From a virus (taxonomy: Duplodnaviria; Caudoviricetes): DNA of 64,000 bases. Positions 28,010 to 38,508 of the stretch are shown in pieces. The translations under genes and the position numbers were made by a program. Each line of letters starts with the position of its first letter. Position 1 is the first letter of the stretch. Under the pieces are notes generated by a model. It was not told where the DNA came from. It ran no database searches and saw nothing but the letters and a program-made list of their open reading frames with translations. The stretch lies in the IMG/VR virus record IMGVR_UViG_3300031993_000006, positions 195,975-259,974 of that record. One strand, written 5' to 3'.

Positions 28010-28600
28010 TTACCTCATTCCGAAAATGGTGAAAATCGTGTGCAGACGGTTGATGGTTTCGGATGCTTCGTCCCCGGAGAACCTAGCCTCCTCGGCATCG
28101 TCGTTGGCCGACCCGCACTTGTCTTTTGCCGTACGGTTGGAAGCCTGGGTTTCCCCGGTGTCCCCGAGAGTGGTTTCGAGGTCTTCAAAATCATCGTAGT
28201 TCCTATCTTGGCTTGTCGTATAGTGGGTGACGAGCGCCTTGGTGACCCGGGCGACTTCCCGGAGTTCTTCGATGGTGAGCCTAGATGCGTCGAGCTGTTC
28301 CTGTGTCATTACTGATTCGGGGAACTGCTTGCGGTAGGCGTCGAGGTCGTCTACGGCAATGAACTTGTGGCCTCGGACTCCCGGGGTTCCCCAAATGGGG
28401 CAGCAGAAAAGCTCCAGCTTGTCCTCGGTGAGCGCGTTCAATGCTTCCTCGCGGGCGAGCAGGATAGTGTACTCGTGCAGTTCCTCGACGGTCATTGCAT
28501 CGAGTGCGTACTTGAGTCCTTTCTCTGCGGCCCTTTCGGAAACCTGCTTGTTGATTTTCCACATGCGGTCCTTGACTTCGCCGTGCGACATCATTTCCAT
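28010..28600 (-). CDS. Hypothetical protein
   Basis: AAGGAG RBS after repeat. Confidence 0.7.
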   Translation of the reverse strand: MEMMSHGEVKDRMWKINKQVSERAAEKGLKYALDAMTVEELHEYTILLAREEALNALTEDKLELFCCPIWGTPGVRGHKFIAVDDLDAYRKQFPESVMTQEQLDASRLTIEELREVARVTKALVTHYTTSQDRNYDDFEDLETTLGDTGETQASNRTAKDKCGSANDDAEEARFSGDEASETINRLHTIFTIFGMR

Positions 28601-28685
28601 ATTTCAAAGCTCCTTTCGTTGCATCACCTGTATATCCCCGTGGGAAGCCCCCGTGGCCCCCCATGAGGAATCCGGGTAGTCCAAT

Positions 28686-29219
28686 CTAGATTTCCCTGCG
28701 GGTCAGGTCGTATTCGCATTCCGGTTTCTTTCGCCACCACCTATAGTTGTAGATGCACATTAGCATCAGTAGTACCAGTGCCGCGATACCCATCGCGACA
28801 AGGAATCCGAATAGGTTGCTGTCCCCGACATCTTGTTTAGATAACGCGATTACGACCGCAAGTGCTACCAGTTCAAAGATAGTAAGAATGGCGAGTGTGT
28901 GCTTGCGGTAGAACAGGCCGAATGCCTTGAGGAAGCGGTATTTGAGGCTCGGGCGGTCTTCTTGATTGGTGAATACTTCACGGGGCTTGTCCTCGTTGTC
29001 GAACTTGATGATGAAGCGCGGGAACTGACCGCCTCGGCCATAATGACAGTCACGGGAAAGTCTATCGATGATTTCGTCGGCGCCTTCGAGATTTTCCTTC
29101 TCCCTTCCCCAGCATTGCGGGTTGAGACTGGCCGAGATATCGCCGCGCCACACGAGGCTTTCACAAATGATAAGGTATTCTACATTTTTCCAAGTGGTGG
29201 GCATAGTGTACTGTGACAT
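28686..29219 (-). CDS. Hypothetical membrane protein (2 TM)
   Basis: Two C-terminal hydrophobic helices; native RBS split by the tnpB element. Confidence 0.7.
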   Translation of the reverse strand: MSQYTMPTTWKNVEYLIICESLVWRGDISASLNPQCWGREKENLEGADEIIDRLSRDCHYGRGGQFPRFIIKFDNEDKPREVFTNQEDRPSLKYRFLKAFGLFYRKHTLAILTIFELVALAVVIALSKQDVGDSNLFGFLVAMGIAALVLLMLMCIYNYRWWRKKPECEYDLTRREI

Positions 29220-29226
29220 ATCTAGT

Positions 29227-30775
29227 CTGCCTCATAAAATGTATATAAAAGTATAGACAGAAATGCCTATATCTTAAATATAGCAATTTACGGTCGCGTG
29301 AGCGACTTGGTTCCATAGGCGATTAAAGAAATCGTCCACCATTGCCGCCCTACCATATCTGGTAAGTAAGCAATGAGCATCATTCTCGGTAGTTTCACTA
29401 CACCCCGAAAGGGATGTAGCCAGAGCTTCCAAGTCCGCTGGCGTGAATTTCCGACGGGCAATGTCGGTATTGAATCTCTTATTTAGTTCGATGAACAAGG
29501 CTTCCGCAAGGATGTTGATTGCTGCGTTGGTATCACGGTCGATAGCCAGTCCGCATTCCTCGCAGATGAACTCTCGTTCGGACAATGAAAGTTTTTCTTT
29601 CACATGTCCACAACCGGAACATTTCTTCGAAGACGGGAAGAACCGCCCGACTTTCAAAAGCAATGTTCCATACTTGGCACTCTTGTATTCTAGGAATCTA
29701 CGAATCATGCCGAATCCGCAGTCCGAAATGGCAGACGCCAACTTGTGGTTGGACACCATGCCCTTGACATTCAAGTCCTCTATGGCGACAACCATATTGT
29801 GCTTGACTATCTCTGTCGTCGCCTTGTGTATCAAGTCCTTACGGTAGTTCTTGATATAGGCATTCTTCTTGTCAAAAGTCTTCTTGATATCCTTGTAATG
29901 CACTGAATTATACTTTCGGCGGGACATCATTTTTTGATATCGTTTAAGACGCTTGTAATGCTGTTTGATGATATGCTCGTTGGCGACGCATTCGCCTGTC
30001 GATAACTGCATCAGCGTCTTAACACCCATATCTATACCAACGATACCGTTATCGTCCGTTCCATACAAACTATTTGTATCATCATAAGTATAGGATATCG
30101 AAATATACCAATGGTCGTTGCTTCCCTTGGATACAACGAAGTTGTTTATCTTACCGGATAGACACTCCGGCCGTACTGGCTCCGCCAGTCTAACCGGTGT
30201 CTTGATTAACGGTAACTTGATATGAGTAGAATCGATAAGCCTAGCCTTGTCGTTCTCTATGTAGAATGCGCGCTTTGACTTGTATTTCTTCCGCTTGGGA
30301 AAACCGAACAGTTCCGGATTCTCGTAATGCCGTTTCTTGGCAAGTACGAAGTTCTTAATTGCCTGGTCCATAGAGCCTTTAGGACTCTCGTACATCCAGC
30401 CAACCTTCTGTGCATTGAACTCCTTGCGAAGTCCCGCGCACGTCACTGATTCTTGCCCAGCAGCCTTCTTGGCAAACCAGGTATCCCTAGCCCAGTTGTA
30501 TGCATAGCGAGCACAACCGCATGCGCGGTTCAACGCGCTTGCCGTCTTGCTGTCGACTGTCAACATTATCTTTTGGGCTGTACTTATCATACATATAGGA
30601 AATGCCCCGAAGACACTTAGTGTAGGATTTAGCATCTCCAGGGCATCTAAACTCTTTTTCGCATTGAAGAAATCCTACTAACTTCAATTTATACATAAGT
30701 TTATATAATTGCAGATTTATTTTATCGATATCTTCCTATACATTTATATATGAAATTATGTACTAGATACCATCT
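29227..30775 (-). mobile_element. Non-autonomous tnpB-only IS607-like element
   Basis: Low-GC block bounded by AG at both ends (AAGGAG|ATGGT ... TATACATTTTATGAGGCAG|ACTAG); removing it restores an RBS-ATG. Confidence 0.8.
29274..30635 (-). CDS. tnpB: TnpB RNA-guided endonuclease (start possibly 30590)
   Basis: GCARYAYNW, GIDMGV (RuvC-I), IEDLNV (RuvC-II), FPSSKKCSGC..CEEC zinc finger, DRDTNAAINI (RuvC-III). Confidence 0.95.
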   Translation of the reverse strand: MLNPTLSVFGAFPICMISTAQKIMLTVDSKTASALNRACGCARYAYNWARDTWFAKKAAGQESVTCAGLRKEFNAQKVGWMYESPKGSMDQAIKNFVLAKKRHYENPELFGFPKRKKYKSKRAFYIENDKARLIDSTHIKLPLIKTPVRLAEPVRPECLSGKINNFVVSKGSNDHWYISISYTYDDTNSLYGTDDNGIVGIDMGVKTLMQLSTGECVANEHIIKQHYKRLKRYQKMMSRRKYNSVHYKDIKKTFDKKNAYIKNYRKDLIHKATTEIVKHNMVVAIEDLNVKGMVSNHKLASAISDCGFGMIRRFLEYKSAKYGTLLLKVGRFFPSSKKCSGCGHVKEKLSLSEREFICEECGLAIDRDTNAAINILAEALFIELNKRFNTDIARRKFTPADLEALATSLSGCSETTENDAHCLLTRYGRAAMVDDFFNRLWNQVAHATVNCYI

Positions 30776-30856
30776 CCTTGTTTCTTTACATAGGGGTTAT
30801 GCCCCCGTTGCGACCTCCCGTGGCCCCCCATGGAGAACCCGGGTAACCCGATGGGG

Positions 30857-31897
30857 CTAAACGATGTAGTCCACGGCGTCGGCGGTAACTGTACCCTTTC
30901 GGCGGTATGCGTAGTGGGCTTTGATAAGCACGGTCTTTCCGCGCATTCGGGCGTAGTGGGCGCGGACTAGCCAGCTCGGGACTGTAAAGTTCTTTTGCTC
31001 CCTGACGGCTGTGGATGCGCTCTCGTACTTCGCCCAAGTTTCATCCGTGATGTGGATGTACCGGTAGGCTTGCGAGTGCTTCATCGGCTTCTTTCCTGCG
31101 AGGATAACAGGGCGGTCTGTCGCATGGCGCACGGTCTCCGGCTCCATGCAGACCTCGCAGGTCTTCAGGTTCTCGGCAATCCAAAGGTTCGTGAGGAATC
31201 CCTCGGAGTCGAACACATTGCCCGTGGAGGCGTTGTCGTACTGCTCGTCATAGTCACGGGTAGCCCCGAGCAGTTCCCTTTCGCGGAACTCCTTGATGAC
31301 GGGAATGTTCATGTATTCGTTGAGTCCGCTTCTCGGGTCCCGCCTGTGGATGACATGACACATTTCGGTGGATGCGATAAGGTAGAGGTATTCGGTTCTC
31401 CCGTTGATGGGGAGTTCGAGCATTTCCTCGTAGAACTGTCCACCCGCAAGCCCATCGACAATCTCGAACGGGCGCTCGGTAGCCATACTGCACAAATGAG
31501 CACGATATTCTACGCGGAGTTCGTCAGTCGGCGCACCGAGCGAGAGGAGGAACTTCGTAGCTCTTTCGGATAGCTTTCGGTACTTGCACCCGTCGCCCGG
31601 GTAGATACAGGAGTCGGCAAGGTATTCGTTGATGGGGCAACCGAAAGCGCCCTCAAGGTCGAACTTCTGTCCGATGCGTTCTAGGGCCGCGATGGTCACC
31701 GGGAGGACTTTCAGTCTGCGCTTCTTGTGGAGAGTCTTTCCGTCCAGCAGGGACTTCACGATGGGGTTCGTCTCGGAGCTATGCCCGATGGTGCTGTCGA
31801 TTTGCTTATCGACAAGCGCGTTGCACCCGAAAACGATGGGGTTCACGGGGACTTCAACTTTCTTTGTAATCTTTATCGGCTTCTTGTGCTTTGACAT
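30857..31897 (-). CDS. Hypothetical protein with C-terminal WLVRAHY motif
   Basis: 346 aa ORF; VRxH motif. Confidence 0.75.
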   Translation of the reverse strand: MSKHKKPIKITKKVEVPVNPIVFGCNALVDKQIDSTIGHSSETNPIVKSLLDGKTLHKKRRLKVLPVTIAALERIGQKFDLEGAFGCPINEYLADSCIYPGDGCKYRKLSERATKFLLSLGAPTDELRVEYRAHLCSMATERPFEIVDGLAGGQFYEEMLELPINGRTEYLYLIASTEMCHVIHRRDPRSGLNEYMNIPVIKEFRERELLGATRDYDEQYDNASTGNVFDSEGFLTNLWIAENLKTCEVCMEPETVRHATDRPVILAGKKPMKHSQAYRYIHITDETWAKYESASTAVREQKNFTVPSWLVRAHYARMRGKTVLIKAHYAYRRKGTVTADAVDYIV

Positions 31898-31904
31898 ATT
31901 TTAC

Positions 31905-32417
31905 CTACCTATGAGCGAGCTTGTATTGCAAGTCCTTGATTAGTCGTGTGCGGACATTCTCGATATCCTGTGGATTGAAGTCTGCTTTGAATGGTTCGAG
32001 GATTCTGTCGATATCGGCTATCGTCCAAGCTTTCTTGAACTCCTGTTGGAACCAAAAATGTTCGTAGAGCTGGACGAGCGTCGGGTTCTCGGTATGGGTG
32101 ACTCGGACGATGGCGGTATTTTTTTCGAGCCAATCCCATGCGTCACACGGGAGCCACCCGTTCACCGTCATGTGTTCAAGGTAGATGACAAGGTAATGGT
32201 TATTCTTGTCGAACTTGAGAAGATAGTCGTTGATATCTTTAGTGGTAATGTTGCCGGGGCATAACACGATGAAGATGCCCGGCATATAGTTCCACCAGCT
32301 CTCGAACATCTGCTTGTTGTTGACGATGTGTGCTTTGGCTTTTTCGAGGAAAAATTCGCGGGAACCCCGTTTAATCTCAACGGCGATAAGAAACATATTA
32401 CGCGGTTGCATCTTCAT
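31905..32417 (-). CDS. Hypothetical protein
   Basis: WWNYMPGIFIV...NGWLP..AWDWL. Confidence 0.7.
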   Translation of the reverse strand: MKMQPRNMFLIAVEIKRGSREFFLEKAKAHIVNNKQMFESWWNYMPGIFIVLCPGNITTKDINDYLLKFDKNNHYLVIYLEHMTVNGWLPCDAWDWLEKNTAIVRVTHTENPTLVQLYEHFWFQQEFKKAWTIADIDRILEPFKADFNPQDIENVRTRLIKDLQYKLAHR

Positions 32418-32440
32418 AGTTGGCTCCTGAAAGTAAAAAA

Positions 32441-33115
32441 TTATTTTTTGACCGGCTTGGTTACTGCAAGATTGGTACGGTTGCCCTCCGGGATAAACGA
32501 GAGGTTCTTTGAGTACACTGTCGGGAGTCGGTCGGTGTATTCCTGAAGAGTAATTGCATCTTCGGGTAACTTAAGGGGAAACACGGGGTACTCGATGCCC
32601 ATCGGCACGATGACGATTCGTCCGTCGCCCTCTCCGTCGATGCCGAGCTGCAATCCGTTCTTTTCGAGAGCTGCACCTAGTTCGGAAAGTGTCTTCCTCG
32701 TCTCATGTAAGGCTTGGGCATAATTGGCAGTATTTCCGTTGATTCGGTCTGTGGTGCGCGCGCAGTGGTCGTCGTGGATAAGCATATCGCGGAGATTGAT
32801 AAATGCGCTGTCCATACCCTCCGGAGTCCTTGGGATTTGAGTATAGTACATGTTCGCGGCGTACGCAAAGTTCGCTTCGGAACAGAAGTCCATATAGATA
32901 GGGGAATCCCCGTAACCGAAGAGGGCGGCACCTACATTATACAGTGCGGGACCCCACCCCTTAAAAGAACGCGAGTCACGGATAATCTTCACGACAACTG
33001 TCATATTGTCGCGGGTGATGCGGTAAGCTTCGAGTGCGTCGCTCGTATATGTGCTGATGTCGTTTTCGTGTTTTTCGTTCTTGTAGTCGTCGTTGATGTT
33101 GTTTAGCCTTGACAT
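32441..33115 (-). CDS. Hypothetical protein
   Basis: AAGGAG RBS after repeat. Confidence 0.7.
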   Translation of the reverse strand: MSRLNNINDDYKNEKHENDISTYTSDALEAYRITRDNMTVVVKIIRDSRSFKGWGPALYNVGAALFGYGDSPIYMDFCSEANFAYAANMYYTQIPRTPEGMDSAFINLRDMLIHDDHCARTTDRINGNTANYAQALHETRKTLSELGAALEKNGLQLGIDGEGDGRIVIVPMGIEYPVFPLKLPEDAITLQEYTDRLPTVYSKNLSFIPEGNRTNLAVTKPVKK

Positions 33116-33206
33116 GTTGATAACTCCTTTAAGTGGTCGGTTTCTTGACACTAACTGTATAGCTCCAAAGCGTCCTCCCGTGGCTCCCTATGAGGAACCC
33201 AGGTAA

Positions 33207-33641
33207 CTAGACGGACATACCGTGGGCTTCCCGGAACTTCCTTTGCATTTCGCGCACTTCGTCCCACGGGACTACACGGCGGGGAATGATTGTCTCGCAG
33301 AGAATCCAATCGCCACCTTGCATCAGGGAGCGCTTGTAGGTACGGATTTCGCCTTCCCTGTCGCACTCAATCCATACGCGTTTCTCGCCATCCTTTTTGG
33401 TCTCCTTGAGGTGTTCCGCGAAGCAGGTGAAACAGCAATGCCATCCACCGATGTTTCCTTCCCCGAGGCTACGGGGGGCGAACCCCTTTGTGGGGATGAA
33501 CTCGCAGTCCATCCGTTCGCCAAAGCGGAATGGCTTGTCCTTGCCGATAAAGAGCGGGTAGAGGTTCCCGTCCTTGCCCTGTCTTACGAGCTTGTAGACG
33601 GTTCTAGGGGCGGTTGCCGAGGTGATTGCTTCAGTTGCCAT
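33207..33641 (-). CDS. Hypothetical protein resembling a domain of large polyvalent phage/plasmid proteins
   Basis: YKLVR..KDGNLYPLFI...GFAPR..GWH...VWIEC motif. Confidence 0.65.
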   Translation of the reverse strand: MATEAITSATAPRTVYKLVRQGKDGNLYPLFIGKDKPFRFGERMDCEFIPTKGFAPRSLGEGNIGGWHCCFTCFAEHLKETKKDGEKRVWIECDREGEIRTYKRSLMQGGDWILCETIIPRRVVPWDEVREMQRKFREAHGMSV

Positions 33642-33721
33642 TTTGTAGCTCCATTGGATGAAAGTTCTGTGTACCGGGTATGCCCCGGGAGCAACCGCCC
33701 GTGGCTCCCCATGGGAAAACC

Positions 33722-34345
33722 CTATGGGGCGTCCTCGTCCACGGTGAAGTTGGTCGCGAAACCATCGTGGCAATATCCGAACTTGTTGGAGAGCCAATCG
33801 CTGATTTCTTCGCCGGAGGTCATTCCGAACGGGAGAATTACGGAGCCACGCGGGAGGCCACAGTCGGCATAGGTGGCACCGTCGGTGTCCCACTTGATTC
33901 CGTAGGCGGTATGCGGTTTTACCTTGACGAAATTGACCGCGTGACGCATCAAGAACAGTTCATGGTCGCCATCACGGGATTCCATAAAGGGGGCGCCTGT
34001 CTGCTTCAGTTCGTCGAGGTCGCTCTTCAGTTCGCTACGCAGGCGGGAGTCGAGCTTCTTGAGCTGGTGCTTCTTCCATTTGCTCCAAAAGTCGAGGAAC
34101 TTCGATGACTCTTCGTGGTCGAGAAAACCGGAGTTCATCGTGAGCGCTTCGATGTGGCAATCGGCGGTGCCGACTGCGATGCCGCGCATGATTCCCTTGT
34201 GGTTGGGATAGTGGATGTTGGCTTCGATATCGAATACCGGGGTTTTACCATCGTTGTGACGGTAGTAGCTGACCTGAAAGGTCACATCCTTTCCGCAATG
34301 GAAGAGAACTTGAAATTCGTTCTTGCTTGTGTCGATGTTTGCCAT
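33722..34345 (-). CDS. Hypothetical protein
   Basis: AGGAG RBS after repeat. Confidence 0.7.
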   Translation of the reverse strand: MANIDTSKNEFQVLFHCGKDVTFQVSYYRHNDGKTPVFDIEANIHYPNHKGIMRGIAVGTADCHIEALTMNSGFLDHEESSKFLDFWSKWKKHQLKKLDSRLRSELKSDLDELKQTGAPFMESRDGDHELFLMRHAVNFVKVKPHTAYGIKWDTDGATYADCGLPRGSVILPFGMTSGEEISDWLSNKFGYCHDGFATNFTVDEDAP

Positions 34346-34509
34346 AATGATATCTCCTGTTTTCTTTCTGTATCGCGTATAGCCCCGAAGTTCCCTCCCG
34401 TGGCGCCCCATGGGGAATCCGGGTAGCTACGATGGGGTGACCCGGGCGGAAGGCGAAGAAAAACGCCCCGGGAAAATCCCGGAGCGTAACGGAGGGCTAA
34501 AAGTATGTA

Positions 34510-35381
34510 TTAAGCTTGTTGCTCGGCAGGTTTTCCGAGGGGCTTCCCGCAGAATGGACATTTGGGGAACTTGAACACGCCTTTGCGGTCATCATTCCTT
34601 ACGGTGACTTCCCCTGTTTCTTTAGAGTAGCGCATCGTGTAAATGGCGCTTGCGTATGGGTCATAGTGTGATGCGACTTCCTTGCACAGTTCACAAAAAT
34701 CGCATGGGGAGGCTTTATCAGGGGTTTCTGACGATTCCGCTTGATTAGTGGAATCATCGTTTGTTATGGGATTAAACTCGTCGATTTTTTGTTGATAAGG
34801 TCGGCAAACACATCCATCCTCTTAATGTCTACGGTTTCGTCAATGACGGCCTTTTCTTGACCGTATGTGAGTTCTGCGTGACACTTTCCGTCAGGCTCGA
34901 AAGTGGCGGTCAGCGAACAGCCTCTTGGATTGCATACGAGGGTAGTAATGGGCCAAGTGGATAGGTCGATGTCGGACTTCATTCCAGCATTTTTCAATCC
35001 AAGATATTCTTCAAGTCGCTGTGCAAATGTGCAGAAATTTGAAGTGACGATTTCTCGCAACTTTTCGAGGTCTTCGATTTCCACCTGCTCAAAATCGGAG
35101 TTGGTCAGGTGCAATACGCTGAATGTCGCCTCGTCCGTCTTACGGCTTGCCCGTAGGCACAATCTTACATTCTTGTACTCAAAGCCCTGGTCGTAAAGGA
35201 CACTTTCGTTGTCGTCGTTTTCCTTGATTTCCTTTTGCGTGAAGTTCCCCGTGCCGACAACTGCTTCGGGAAACGCACTCCAAATGATTTCCATTGCTAA
35301 TTTGCGAAGCTCGCTTTTAAGCGCCAATTTAGACAAAAGGAAGCGTCCGATTTGCGGAACCGAAAATTGATAGTCGGCCAT
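34510..35381 (-). CDS. Hypothetical protein split by -1 frameshift at A6 (34785-34790); downstream part is a Zn-ribbon
   Basis: ORF 34764-35381 plus a start-less -1 frame reading IDEFNP...CDFC...CPFCGKPL to stop 34510. Confidence 0.65.
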
Positions 35382-35427
35382 TGGTTTCTCCTTAAAAAAA
35401 TTATTCTATCGCAAAGATAGCAAAAAA

Positions 35428-35967
35428 TTATTTCTTTCGGGAGAACCCTAGGGAACCCGTTACCGTTATCCCGTGCTGCTCACAGTAAGTGTTGATTTTG
35501 CGTAACTGTTCGGTAACATATTCGTCTTCCCACGGGGCTGTCCCACTTTCATCAAAGTGCGAGTCGATGAAGTCGTGAACGAACTTGTAGATGTCCTCGA
35601 TTTTTTCAACCGGGACCGCCTCGCCGTAATAATTGTTTCCGGCGGCATTGAGGCTCACCATAAGGTCCGGACTTCTGTCGTGGTTAAGGTATAGGGTGAT
35701 AGTTATTCTGGCACCACGCGTCTTTGCTATTCGTGTGTCAGGTACCGGGCCGTAAAAGTCGCATACGATATTTCCGCTACTGAACTTGCGAGCGTCCATA
35801 CCGAAGATGGACTTGCGGGGATTTTTTGCGTTAAGATGCAATGCGTCCACTACGGTTGAAATTGCATCGTTGTTTCCGAGCAAGCATCGGCTGATGTCGA
35901 GTTTCCACCCCTGCAATTCCTTGATTGCACTAGCTTTTAACTTATTTGCAAATTCCGTTCCTGTCAT
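35428..35967 (-). CDS. Hypothetical protein
   Basis: AAGGAG RBS after repeat. Confidence 0.7.
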   Translation of the reverse strand: MTGTEFANKLKASAIKELQGWKLDISRCLLGNNDAISTVVDALHLNAKNPRKSIFGMDARKFSSGNIVCDFYGPVPDTRIAKTRGARITITLYLNHDRSPDLMVSLNAAGNNYYGEAVPVEKIEDIYKFVHDFIDSHFDESGTAPWEDEYVTEQLRKINTYCEQHGITVTGSLGFSRKK

Positions 35968-36057
35968 AGCGTTAGCTCCTTTGTTTCTTGGTTTCTTTAC
36001 ATACGGGTTATACCCCGGGAGCGCCCTCTCGTGGCGCCTCATGGGGAATCCGGGTAG

Positions 36058-36237
36058 CTACCCGCCCTCGAAACCGTCCATCGAGTCATCGGTTCGCCCG
36101 TGGTTGCGCTTGAACTCATTGAGTTGTTTCTGTCGGAACTCCTTGAGCGGGCCGTCGGGGGTGTTCTTGAGGTCCGCTTCCAATTCGCGCAGGTAATCGC
36201 GGTACGCATTGCGTTGTTTCTTGTGTTCCTTGCCCAT
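36058..36237 (-). CDS. Hypothetical protein (59 aa)
   Basis: Manual translation MGKEHKKQRNAYRDYL...; TGATG coupling with upstream ORF. Confidence 0.55.
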   Translation of the reverse strand: MGKEHKKQRNAYRDYLRELEADLKNTPDGPLKEFRQKQLNEFKRNHGRTDDSMDGFEGG

Positions 36238-36436
36238 CAGTTGCTACATCCGTAATTCATAGGGTTTACACATGCTGAACGGTACCAATCTCCCGCGGTA
36301 CCGCCGTAGCGGGGGACAATGACCTCCTGATAACCGCTCTTTGCCCCATTGGGTTTCGGCGGTTCTTGCTTCGGCGGGTCCCCGTTACAACAGAGAAGTA
36401 CACACGCGGCCATTACTAGCATTGCTACGATTTCGT

Positions 36437-36751
36437 TCAGTTGGGTGCCTCTTTAGTTTCTTCTAGAAGAAAGGTAGGAAATCCCTTGCCGTCACGGGTT
36501 ACCCTGAAGCGCCTGCCGAACTCGTCAAAGTTGATAATCGGGAGTCCCTGTTTTTCACAGGCGCAAAGGTCGATGGAAAGCTCATGATTCCCGTCGTGGG
36601 AACATAATGCCCCGACCGAATCTACCGGTCCGGCATCGCGGTAGGTGCCAAAGCTGATGCCGTGCTCGTTTTTGTCATCGTAAGCCCAAGCACGGGCGAC
36701 TCGCTTTTGGTCTAGCTGGGTTTTCCCGGTCAGAATCTTACTTATTGCCAT
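36437..36751 (-). CDS. Hypothetical protein
   Basis: GAGG RBS. Confidence 0.65.
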   Translation of the reverse strand: MAISKILTGKTQLDQKRVARAWAYDDKNEHGISFGTYRDAGPVDSVGALCSHDGNHELSIDLCACEKQGLPIINFDEFGRRFRVTRDGKGFPTFLLEETKEAPN

Positions 36752-37118
36752 TGGTTGCCTCTTTCTTGTCGTAGGTGAATGTCCCGAGTACTACATTGGG
36801 CAAAATCTTGATGGCGAGCCTGTCGAGCTTGTGTACACGGCTGATGAACCCGTACACGGCTTCGATAATCTTGCTGTCGCTCTTGAACCACCACTCGCCC
36901 CCGGGAATGCCCTCGGAGATATAGATGTCTCTCGATGCAAAGGATTTTTCGCCCAAGCTTTCCGAGGTGGCTTCGAGGGTCACCTTGACATGGCCTTTCG
37001 GGTCGTTGCGCCCCATATACTCGCAGATGCGCTCCGCTACTTCGTAGGAGAGCTTCTGCTTATTCGATGGGTTCTTCGGCATTTCCACCGAGAACTTGTA
37101 GCCGTTGAGAATTTCCAT
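36738..37118 (-). CDS. Hypothetical protein
   Basis: GGAGG RBS. Confidence 0.7.
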   Translation of the reverse strand: MEILNGYKFSVEMPKNPSNKQKLSYEVAERICEYMGRNDPKGHVKVTLEATSESLGEKSFASRDIYISEGIPGGEWWFKSDSKIIEAVYGFISRVHKLDRLAIKILPNVVLGTFTYDKKEATNGNK

Positions 37119-37303
37119 AATAGCCTCCTAGCTCTGTTTGATGTATTCCCTGATATTCATTTCGGCATCCTGTCTTGCCTTACCTGTTATTCCCCGGGAG
37201 CGGACTCCCGTGGCGCCCCATGGGGAAACCCCGTGGGCTACACGGGGAAATCGTGGGTCAATCCGTTTTTGCGCGGGGCTACCTACCGTTGTATTTGCGG
37301 CGG

Positions 37304-37699
37304 TTAGAAGCAGGGGTCTAGGTATTCCTCCGCCTTGCCCAAGAACCACTCGGAACTTTCAAGTTTCCTGGTGAGGCGGGTTTCCCACTTTTTGTCCCCA
37401 AGAAACACGTCCTCCGCCTTGCGGGACCGCCAGCGCCCGCCTCGGAAGACGAGGTACTTGACTTTGCCGTCGGGGTCGGAGGTGTATTTGTAGGACTGCG
37501 ATTCGGATATGCCGTTGCGGTCGGTCCTCTCGGCCTTCAACGCGCGGATTTTGCAGTGGGTCTTGTCCTGAACCTCGATGACCTCGTATGCGTGTCGGTC
37601 GCTCCAAAGGAGTTCGGTGACCCCCATGCCAACCTTCGGCTCGGGCATCTTGGCCGCGGCCATTAGCCTGTTTTGAATACATCCGTATATCTTGCCCAT
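37304..37699 (-). CDS. Conserved-looking hypothetical phage protein
   Basis: PKVGMGVT..LWSDRHAY...EYLDPCF pattern. Confidence 0.75.
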   Translation of the reverse strand: MGKIYGCIQNRLMAAAKMPEPKVGMGVTELLWSDRHAYEVIEVQDKTHCKIRALKAERTDRNGISESQSYKYTSDPDGKVKYLVFRGGRWRSRKAEDVFLGDKKWETRLTRKLESSEWFLGKAEEYLDPCF

Positions 37700-37872
37700 G
37701 GTTACACCCCCGGCTAGTCGTAGTTGTCGTGTTCGACGATGGCCCTGTGGCCGAAGCTCTTGCTGAATGCAGTAATTTTCATTCTAGGCCTCCTTGCCTC
37801 TTGAGTTTCTTTCCTGTTTCCATATAGTCCCAAAGGAGCCGCCCGTGGCGCCCCATGGGGAAACCCCGTGGG

Positions 37873-38490
37873 CTATACGCCGATGGCCTTTGCGATTTCT
37901 TCCGTGGTCATCCCCTTGAGCTTTTCGTCTACCCGTTCCTTGAGGGTGGGGGCGAGCTTGGGCTTGTAGTTCCTAAAGTGTTCCTTGAGCAATTCGCCCT
38001 GTTCCTTTTTCTTTGCGGATTCTTCTTCGCGTTCGGCGATGTGGCTAAATACGCGTTCTAGCTTTGTCTCGCAGAGTTCACTGATGAATGCAGCGGCTTC
38101 TTCGGGGGTCCAAAAGTCCTTGCAATGGCGCTTGAGGATTCCGTCATAGTAGGATTCGCCCGATTCTTGTGCGGCGCGACCGTTTACCGTGCATGTCGAA
38201 TAGTCGATTTTGTGGATTCTGAAATATATCATTCCACCGTTAAAATTGTCGTCGATTTCCAAGATGGAATCTTCCTTTGGCCATTTCTCCTTGACAATCT
38301 CGAGGATTGCTTCACGGGAAATCTCGGTGAACCTGTGAATGTCCCGCCTGATGGGTTCAATAATAACGCCGTATGAGTCCACGGGAAACCAATTCCCGTC
38401 GATGCAGACCGCCGGGAAAATACAAGTTTCGCAACCGTTGCGGACACAGATTCCGCGCTTGCCTGTCGATGGTGCGTATTCTGTAGCCAT
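37873..38490 (-). CDS. Hypothetical protein
   Basis: GGAGG RBS. Confidence 0.7.
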   Translation of the reverse strand: MATEYAPSTGKRGICVRNGCETCIFPAVCIDGNWFPVDSYGVIIEPIRRDIHRFTEISREAILEIVKEKWPKEDSILEIDDNFNGGMIYFRIHKIDYSTCTVNGRAAQESGESYYDGILKRHCKDFWTPEEAAAFISELCETKLERVFSHIAEREEESAKKKEQGELLKEHFRNYKPKLAPTLKERVDEKLKGMTTEEIAKAIGV

Positions 38491-38508
38491 AGTCGCCTCC
38501 GTAAAAAA

